Shown here piece after piece: positions 57,727-64,000 of a DNA stretch of 64,000 bases (the first letter of the stretch is position 1; each line of letters starts with the position of its first letter). Source of the DNA: Escherichia phage vB_EcoM_011D4. The notes below the pieces were generated by a model. The model had not been told where the DNA came from and did no database searches. It saw only the letters and a program-made list of their open reading frames with translations. Made by a program: the position numbers and the translations under genes. The stretch lies in sequence record MT478991.1, one strand, 5' to 3'.

Positions 57727-58813
57727 TGTCTCAATAAAACTTTATCAGGATTATGAGGCGTTTCTAAATCATCGCTTTATAGAGTTGGGTGCTACCTTTG
57801 TTACAATGACTCTGCGTGATTCGATCCGTGGGGTCAATGAAGGATTGTTGCAATTCTATGATAATAAAGCGATGCATACAAAATTAAACGGACGAGAGAT
57901 TATTCAGATTTCGCTATCCACTGCCAACACAGATGAAGTGTTCAACCGAATCTATGGGATCTCTCATAGTAATGTAACTATTGACCAAAAATCTGACAAC
58001 ATTTTAACATTCCAGTTAAAGAGCTATCACGAAACACTAAACCTTAAATTTTCTCGCGCATTGACAAATAACGCTGTTAATAACGTAACCAGTATGATTG
58101 ATGCCATCTATAAGGAAGTTCCTTTATGGAAACCTACTATAAAGGGCGATAACGTTGTTATTCCTCGTTGCCCGTGGGTTAGTACCATAAATGACTATAT
58201 GGATTTTGTTAGGGCATACGGGCAAAGCGTAGAAACCGAGTCTTTCGTGTATTGCTGGGAAGATTTTGATGGTATAACGATCGCTGGACACGATACAATA
58301 TTAAAAAATGAGCCAATACCAGCTATAATCTGTGAGCCTAGACTCATGGGGCAATTTATTGATATGTCGCCTAATCTGATGGTTTTTAATTTCGAGTGGC
58401 AGACTAAGAGCAATGCTAAAGTTAAAAATTCATTTAGCAATGTGACATACACAACTATTGATTTTGTTACTAAGCAGTATAATAAAATTGTTGTTGGTAA
58501 TGGGGATAATATTGCACACTTTGCTCATGGTGGCGCTTATGGTAATTTAACTTATAAGAATGCGTTTTTGGAAGGTTCTAAACTTGCCACAATAGAACAA
58601 TATGATTCATATGCTACCGCCGTGTGTCACGGTAATTTTTCGTTGCGCCCCGGTATGGTTATTCGATTCTTTGATGAGAAACAACAAGCACGCAATGATT
58701 TTATTGTTGACGAAGTTGTGCATGAAATTAGCCGAGAGCAATCATTAACTCACCTGTATATGATCGGTAACAGCGAAGAATTACAGGAAGTCAAATTTGA
58801 AGGTAAGATATAA
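57704..58813 (+). CDS. 27: baseplate hub protein gp27
   Basis: 369 aa; position and size match T4 gp27. Confidence 0.8.
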   Translation: MQRTGFPNVSIKLYQDYEAFLNHRFIELGATFVTMTLRDSIRGVNEGLLQFYDNKAMHTKLNGREIIQISLSTANTDEVFNRIYGISHSNVTIDQKSDNILTFQLKSYHETLNLKFSRALTNNAVNNVTSMIDAIYKEVPLWKPTIKGDNVVIPRCPWVSTINDYMDFVRAYGQSVETESFVYCWEDFDGITIAGHDTILKNEPIPAIICEPRLMGQFIDMSPNLMVFNFEWQTKSNAKVKNSFSNVTYTTIDFVTKQYNKIVVGNGDNIAHFAHGGAYGNLTYKNAFLEGSKLATIEQYDSYATAVCHGNFSLRPGMVIRFFDEKQQARNDFIVDEVVHEISREQSLTHLYMIGNSEELQEVKFEGKI

Positions 58814-59331
58814 TGACAGAAACTAAACCTATGTTAAAATTTGTTGTTCCTGTAAAAAAATTAGAGATAAACGGGAAACATATTAAGATCCCAAAAATGG
58901 GGATTAAGCAACATCGATTATTAAAAGATGTTCGTAGCTGTGATGAAACATTAAAGATTCTTCTTGATTCAATCTGTCCTGGGTTAAACGCTGCCGAGTC
59001 TGAATTGGTTATGCTTAACCTTTGTGCGTTTAATGGTAAGTGTCTGGAAGAAAAAGATGGTCTTAAGCTGTCTGATGTGTATATTTGTACAGAGACCGAA
59101 TTTACTTTAAATGGTAAAGTCTTTAAATTTAAAAATCCAATGTATACTTCTGACCCCATTATCGATGACGCTGATTTCTTGAGTCATCATTATCACGATC
59201 CTAGCGTAGACTTCCATGATTTCCCAGCTTTTATTATGGATTGGGCTACAGGATTAAGAAAAACTATTGCACTGGATACACCGGAAGGTACTATCTATGG
59301 TGGAATTAACATATTGGATCGCCTATCATGA
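58813..59331 (+). CDS. 28: baseplate hub distal subunit gp28
   Basis: 172 aa; position and size match T4 gp28. Confidence 0.7.
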   Translation: MTETKPMLKFVVPVKKLEINGKHIKIPKMGIKQHRLLKDVRSCDETLKILLDSICPGLNAAESELVMLNLCAFNGKCLEEKDGLKLSDVYICTETEFTLNGKVFKFKNPMYTSDPIIDDADFLSHHYHDPSVDFHDFPAFIMDWATGLRKTIALDTPEGTIYGGINILDRLS

Positions 59332-61061
59332 ATGACGCATTAACATCATTTCGCGGGATGCGCAAGGAAGCGGAAGAAAACCCGATTGATAAACTTAACA
59401 AGTTAGATAAACTTGATTCTATTGATAATTTGCAAGCCGCTACCGAATTGGTGGCAGAGACAGTAGAACAAAAATCTAATGAAGTTGTTGGTGCGGTAGA
59501 GGATAACACCGCAGCCAATGAATTGACGGCAGAGAATACCCAATCTACCGCTGGCAATACCCAAAAAACTTATGAAGAATTGCAAAAACTCAATAATTTC
59601 TCTTCTCAGATGAATGAGAAATTACGTGGTTTTGGTGTTATGATGGAACGTAGATTTGGTGTTGTCAGTAAAATGGCTAGCGGTATTGGTGCGATTGAAG
59701 AAGCACTGAAAAAACCGGAACAACCGCAAACAATGCCATCACCTCAGCCAGTTTTGCCTACTGTACCGGAACAGCCTAATAATGACAACTATCAAGGTCT
59801 TCCAAAGAAAAAACCAGATGTTGAGGAACGGAAGAAAAAGAACGCCGCAGATAAGCGTAATGCGGATTCTATGGAAAATCTTCTTAAAGTTGTTCGTGGA
59901 GGATTTAAAGAAACCATAGGCATCTCTAATAAGGTCTTAGGGATGTTATTTAAGATCACCTTGACCGCTATGGCAGAAGCCGCAAAATGGGGCGCTATTT
60001 TGATGGGTATTGTTTTTGCCATCGATACCCTTATGATTCATTTCAGATATTGGAGTGATTTATTCGAAACACAATTCGATGAATTTATGGATAAGGCCGG
60101 AGAATGGGCTGGACCAATTAGTGATATTCTAACAACTATTCGTCAAGTTCGAGATTATTGGTCTAAAGGTGAATATGGAGAATTAATTAAATCGCTGGTT
60201 ATGGGTATTGGTGATGCATTCTATAAAACCTTTATCCAACTTGATCGAATTATCACTACTGGTATTGCTAAAATTCTTCGCATGATCCCTGGTATGGGTG
60301 ATTATGCCGATAAGTTAGAATATGGTGCTTTAAAATCTGCTGTCGCTCAAGGCTATACGCCAAATGAAAGAGAACTCGAATTAATGGATAAGGTCGAGTC
60401 TGAACACGAAGAGGACAAATACGGGGAGCGCACAGGGTGGACCGGAAAAGCCCGTGATATTGGCGAAGCTATTGGGGATTCTATTAAGGATAAAGTTAAC
60501 GAAGGTCTTGTTAGTCTGGGTTGGAGAGATCAAAAGGATGTTGACGCAGAGAAACGACAAGAAGAGTTAAAGCGCGGGGAATACAAGTCTGTTTCTGCTG
60601 AACAACGATCTGCTAGTCGTAAACTTAAAATTAAAAGCGAGGGAGCGATCAATAATATTAATGAAGTTATGGAGAATTTGAGCGGTGACTATGACAAAGA
60701 AAGAATGGGAGAGTTGAAAAAGGATATTGATGTTTACCGTGAGAAAGTTCAAGATCCTACATTAGTTGAAAGTGATCGTTCTCAGTTAGAGCGTCTTATT
60801 GAAAAATTTGATGAGATGTATGCTGATAAAACTAAGGGTGTTGTGCAAACACAGCCAGTTCCGGCAACTGAAACGGAAACAGCAAAACAAGCGGAGCGTA
60901 CTGAACAAATGCAGAAACAAGCTGCAATCCAGCAACAAACGACAAATCAGACCTCAAACGTAAATAATACACAAATTGTAACAAACAATAGAACTATTAA
61001 ACAGGGTGCACCAACAACTAGAATTGATGCCCCCGGTACAATTAATATGGGGAACTTTTAA
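59328..61061 (+). CDS. 29: baseplate hub / tail length determinator gp29
   Basis: 577 aa, long alpha-helical with hydrophobic segment; position and size match T4 gp29. Confidence 0.75.
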   Translation: MNDALTSFRGMRKEAEENPIDKLNKLDKLDSIDNLQAATELVAETVEQKSNEVVGAVEDNTAANELTAENTQSTAGNTQKTYEELQKLNNFSSQMNEKLRGFGVMMERRFGVVSKMASGIGAIEEALKKPEQPQTMPSPQPVLPTVPEQPNNDNYQGLPKKKPDVEERKKKNAADKRNADSMENLLKVVRGGFKETIGISNKVLGMLFKITLTAMAEAAKWGAILMGIVFAIDTLMIHFRYWSDLFETQFDEFMDKAGEWAGPISDILTTIRQVRDYWSKGEYGELIKSLVMGIGDAFYKTFIQLDRIITTGIAKILRMIPGMGDYADKLEYGALKSAVAQGYTPNERELELMDKVESEHEEDKYGERTGWTGKARDIGEAIGDSIKDKVNEGLVSLGWRDQKDVDAEKRQEELKRGEYKSVSAEQRSASRKLKIKSEGAINNINEVMENLSGDYDKERMGELKKDIDVYREKVQDPTLVESDRSQLERLIEKFDEMYADKTKGVVQTQPVPATETETAKQAERTEQMQKQAAIQQQTTNQTSNVNNTQIVTNNRTIKQGAPTTRIDAPGTINMGNF

Positions 61062-62119
61062 TGAAAATTAGTGTTATCAATGATGCCGTTGATAGCTTTA
61101 AAGCGGGGGTTAAAACCTCCGCTGGTTTTACCTCAAAAAATAAAGGGAAAACATTAACCGCTCAATTCCCCGCTGAACGTGCTAGCGGTAATGATGCTAG
61201 CGGTTATTATATCAACGACTTATATAATAATGGTCTGTTATTCACTGCATACGATTATACATCTCGTACTACTGGATCGTTGCGTGATTTCAGGAAAAAG
61301 AAAAATGTTGCTAGCGGTTTTGGCGGTAGCGTTAATATCGCTGGTTTTGATTTAAATTTGGGTGGGAGAAATGCTGCATTTGACCGAGAGGCAATTGCTA
61401 ATATTCTTCTTCCTCGTAGTCAATCTGACGTTGACGCTGCTAGCCATAAGTTTAATGATGTTGGTGAATCTGTCATTTCTCGCGGCGGTGGTACTTTAGG
61501 CGGTGCTCTTTCTAATATGGCATCTACTGCCGTTTTTGGTGGTATCGAAAGTATTACTGGTGGATACCTTGCCGATCACGGTGAACAGATTTATAATACT
61601 GCGCGAAGCATGTATGCGGGTGCTGACGCACGAACTAAAAACTACGTATGGCATCTAACCCCACGTAGTATTGAAGACCTTCGCAATATTCTGATCATAT
61701 ACGAAACGTTTTTAGAATTGTCTTATGGTTCTAGTGGTATTTCCAGCACCGCAAAAGAATTAAAAGCGGAAGTTGATGCGTGGTATAAAAAAACACTATT
61801 GAGAAAATCCACCCCAGAGGAAGCGAAGAGAAATGATACTCTGTTTGAAGGGATCACCGATTTTCTATCAAACGCAATTACTGTATCTAACCCGACAATA
61901 TGGATGATCTCTAACTTCGGTAAGCGTACATCGTTTGAAGGGCGTAGCGATGCATTTGGTCCCGCTCAGATCTCAAGTGTACGTCTGGACAAGTCGCCTG
62001 ATGGTAAGTTTAATGGCCTTGCTATTTCTCCTAACTTGCCGAGTACCTTTGTTCTGGAAGTATCATTTAGAGAGATCTTGACACTTTCCCGTGGTACTAT
62101 ATTTGGGAGTGCGGCATAA
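61061..62119 (+). CDS. 48: baseplate-tail tube junction protein gp48
   Basis: 352 aa; position and size match T4 gp48. Confidence 0.75.
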   Translation: MKISVINDAVDSFKAGVKTSAGFTSKNKGKTLTAQFPAERASGNDASGYYINDLYNNGLLFTAYDYTSRTTGSLRDFRKKKNVASGFGGSVNIAGFDLNLGGRNAAFDREAIANILLPRSQSDVDAASHKFNDVGESVISRGGGTLGGALSNMASTAVFGGIESITGGYLADHGEQIYNTARSMYAGADARTKNYVWHLTPRSIEDLRNILIIYETFLELSYGSSGISSTAKELKAEVDAWYKKTLLRKSTPEEAKRNDTLFEGITDFLSNAITVSNPTIWMISNFGKRTSFEGRSDAFGPAQISSVRLDKSPDGKFNGLAISPNLPSTFVLEVSFREILTLSRGTIFGSAA

Positions 62120-63051
62120 TGTTTGATTTAAATGACTTTAACGAACAAGCCGCTAACCTTGACTTTCAGCGATCTAACTTATTCAGCGTGGCATTTGCCA
62201 CCACTCCAAGTAATAAGACACAAGCGATCCTAGAAAGTATGGGCGGTGCGGTATATGATATTATACCAAATGCATTAAATGACTATTTCGGGATTACTCG
62301 TGGTGATTATACTGACGCATTAACAAATCTTGCTGTACAGGGTGTTAGGCGTGCTGTTGATTCATCCGGTGTCAAAAAGTATCTTTTAGGTGCAATGTCA
62401 TCCCGCGTAGTTCAATCTCTTCTGGGGCAATTTGATGTTGGTACGTATGCGCTTGACTGGTTCAATATGGCATATAAGACAAGCGGTCTTCTGGTGTATG
62501 CTGTTAAGGTTCCAGAAAACAGATTGAATTATGAAATGGACCGTAACCACAATGCGCCAAACATTCGAATTACCGGACGTGATTTTGATCCGCTTGTATT
62601 GAGCTTTAGAATGGACTCTAGCGCATCAAACTATAGAGCAATGCAGGATTGGGTTAACTCAGTAGAAGACCCCGTTACAGGGCTTCGTGCGCTTCCTGTT
62701 GACGTTGAAGCAGATATTCAGGTCAACTTACATAACCGAATGGGAGTTCCTCACACGATCATGATGTTTAATGGTTGTGTTCCTGTTGGTGTGAGTGCAC
62801 CGGAATTAAACTATGAAAACAACAACGAAATCACAACATTCGATGTTACTTTCGCATATCGTTCTATGCAAACTGGTGCTGTAGGAGAGCAAGCCGCGCG
62901 AGAATGGATTGAGGATAAGGCAATAAACGCAATAACAAACACGTTCGGCAATAATTTACTTGATAGTGGGTTATCTGCTGCTGGTAATGCTTTATCGCGT
63001 CTAAATGGCGTTGGTGGGCGTGTGGTGAATACTGTCACTAACTGGTTCTGA
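62119..63051 (+). CDS. 54: baseplate-tail tube initiator gp54
   Basis: 310 aa; position and size match T4 gp54. Confidence 0.75.
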   Translation: MFDLNDFNEQAANLDFQRSNLFSVAFATTPSNKTQAILESMGGAVYDIIPNALNDYFGITRGDYTDALTNLAVQGVRRAVDSSGVKKYLLGAMSSRVVQSLLGQFDVGTYALDWFNMAYKTSGLLVYAVKVPENRLNYEMDRNHNAPNIRITGRDFDPLVLSFRMDSSASNYRAMQDWVNSVEDPVTGLRALPVDVEADIQVNLHNRMGVPHTIMMFNGCVPVGVSAPELNYENNNEITTFDVTFAYRSMQTGAVGEQAAREWIEDKAINAITNTFGNNLLDSGLSAAGNALSRLNGVGGRVVNTVTNWF

Positions 63052-63057
63052 TAAGCG

Positions 63058-63084
63058 AAAGGCGGGGATAATCCCCGCCTTTTT
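63058..63084. terminator. bidirectional rho-independent terminator
   Basis: hairpin ggcgggg-ataa-tccccgcc with T-run on plus; lies between convergent gene 54 (+) and lipoprotein gene (-). Confidence 0.6.
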
Positions 63085-63598
63085 ATTTGATTAAATCATC
63101 ACATTGTTTGCGTAGTTTATAGCGATACTGTTTTGATTGTAGCAATTGAAGTTTTTCATAATCCCCTTCCTCATATGCAGCCGAAAGATCATCTTGATAT
63201 GCTGCTTCCGTCCCGATTACACATACTCCAAATTTTCTACGACGGTCGGCATCTTCCATTGCTTTGCGATTCATTTCTTCAATTGAATTTTCATGACCAT
63301 AATAATATTCGTAAATGCGTTTCTTCTCTGCTTCTTTATCTGCCTTAATCTTTGCGATCTGTTCTGCTGATTCCGGTTGACGACCTAAACGCTGTAATGA
63401 GGCGTCTTTCTTTTCAAGGTAGTCAATAACGCAATCTTCAACGCTATTAAATGGAAAACGTGACTCTTTCTGCCATCGTTCACATGACCGTACAAACTCG
63501 TGTGTATTCTTAGATGCAAGTGCCAGATCATGCACAGCGCACCCATTAAGCATAGCCACTAAAGCCGCAGCAAGACCAATCAGTTTAATCATTTTCAT
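63083..63598 (-). CDS. putative lipoprotein
   Basis: 171 aa; signal peptide with lipobox-like LNGC; Lys/Glu-rich helical body; start ATG overlaps the stop of the upstream ART gene. Confidence 0.5.
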   Translation of the reverse strand: MKMIKLIGLAAALVAMLNGCAVHDLALASKNTHEFVRSCERWQKESRFPFNSVEDCVIDYLEKKDASLQRLGRQPESAEQIAKIKADKEAEKKRIYEYYYGHENSIEEMNRKAMEDADRRRKFGVCVIGTEAAYQDDLSAAYEEGDYEKLQLLQSKQYRYKLRKQCDDLIK

Positions 63599-64000
63599 TT
63601 AGTCACCTCACCGAAAATTGTAAATTGTCTACGATTCTCATCACCGAAAGATTCTACTACGTCGTTTACCTTGACGCAAGTCCCGCGCGGTAAAATTACT
63701 TCACATTCGCAAGGATTCCATGCAATTGACCCAACAACAAAACCTTTATGATCTTTTACGTCAATTACCCACGATACATTACAAGAATGTTGCATCTTTC
63801 CGGTCATGGATTCATATCGATTCTCACAATAAAGGCTAGTGCTGTTTGATAGCCAGCCTCCAAAGATGATCGGTGTCATGCTGGTTGACACAAAGTTTTT
63901 AAAGGTAAATTCCTTATCTTCAATAATACGCTCTATTGTCTGAATGTCAAGATGTTGACCGCGATAAAGAGTACCGTTTAACTTTTCGGTTTTATCCATG
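63595..64000 (-). CDS. ADP-ribosyltransferase domain protein (R-S-E fold; possibly 5'-partial at window edge; T4 alt position)
   Basis: at least 134 aa; LYRG (Arg), STS and CECEV (E-x-E) in the order and spacing of the ART R-S-ExE catalytic triad; ATG at 63997-63999 but the ORF may continue beyond the window. Confidence 0.55.
   Translation of the reverse strand, partial: MDKTEKLNGTLYRGQHLDIQTIERIIEDKEFTFKNFVSTSMTPIIFGGWLSNSTSLYCENRYESMTGKMQHSCNVSWVIDVKDHKGFVVGSIAWNPCECEVILPRGTCVKVNDVVESFGDENRRQFTIFGEVTK

Overview
This window reads as a contiguous piece of a T4-like (Tevenvirinae-type) myovirus genome, with gene order and protein motifs matching the T4 map closely. All calls rest on reading the translated ORFs and the DNA by eye; no database search or folding was run. 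Layout: (1) about 1-14.3 kb is a minus-strand early, hyperplastic region: tk, many small ORFan and membrane-protein cassettes behind repeated sigma70-type early promoters, plus accessory enzymes (TARG1-like macrodomain, secreted SLT transglycosylase, minimal nucleotidyltransferase, HNH homing endonuclease, GrcA-like glycyl-radical cofactor, M15 peptidase endolysin, 2H phosphoesterase, dNMP kinase). (2) about 14.3-48.9 kb is the late structural module in T4 order (3, 2, 4 on minus; 53, 5, 5.4, 6, 7, 8, an inserted cassette, 9-12, wac, 13-24 on plus) with TATAAATA late promoters and hairpin terminators. (3) about 48.9-53.3 kb is a minus-strand accessory block (DprA/SLOG-like protein where T4 has rnlB), hoc and an inh-like gene. 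(4) uvsW, uvsW.1, uvsY, then baseplate hub genes 25, 26, 51, 27, 28, 29, 48, 54, and at the right edge a lipoprotein-like gene coupled to a partial ADP-ribosyltransferase (alt position). No rRNA, tRNA or CRISPR array was recognised. The best candidate for an undescribed system is a self-contained three-gene cassette between genes 8 and 9 (two small proteins plus a gamma-class N6-adenine methyltransferase) with its own consensus sigma70 promoter and terminators. Other candidates are the ADP-ribosylation writer/eraser pair, a possible late-promoter-driven small RNA, a 45-nt repeat family at two distant loci, and a Hoc C-terminal motif shared by three adjacent genes.
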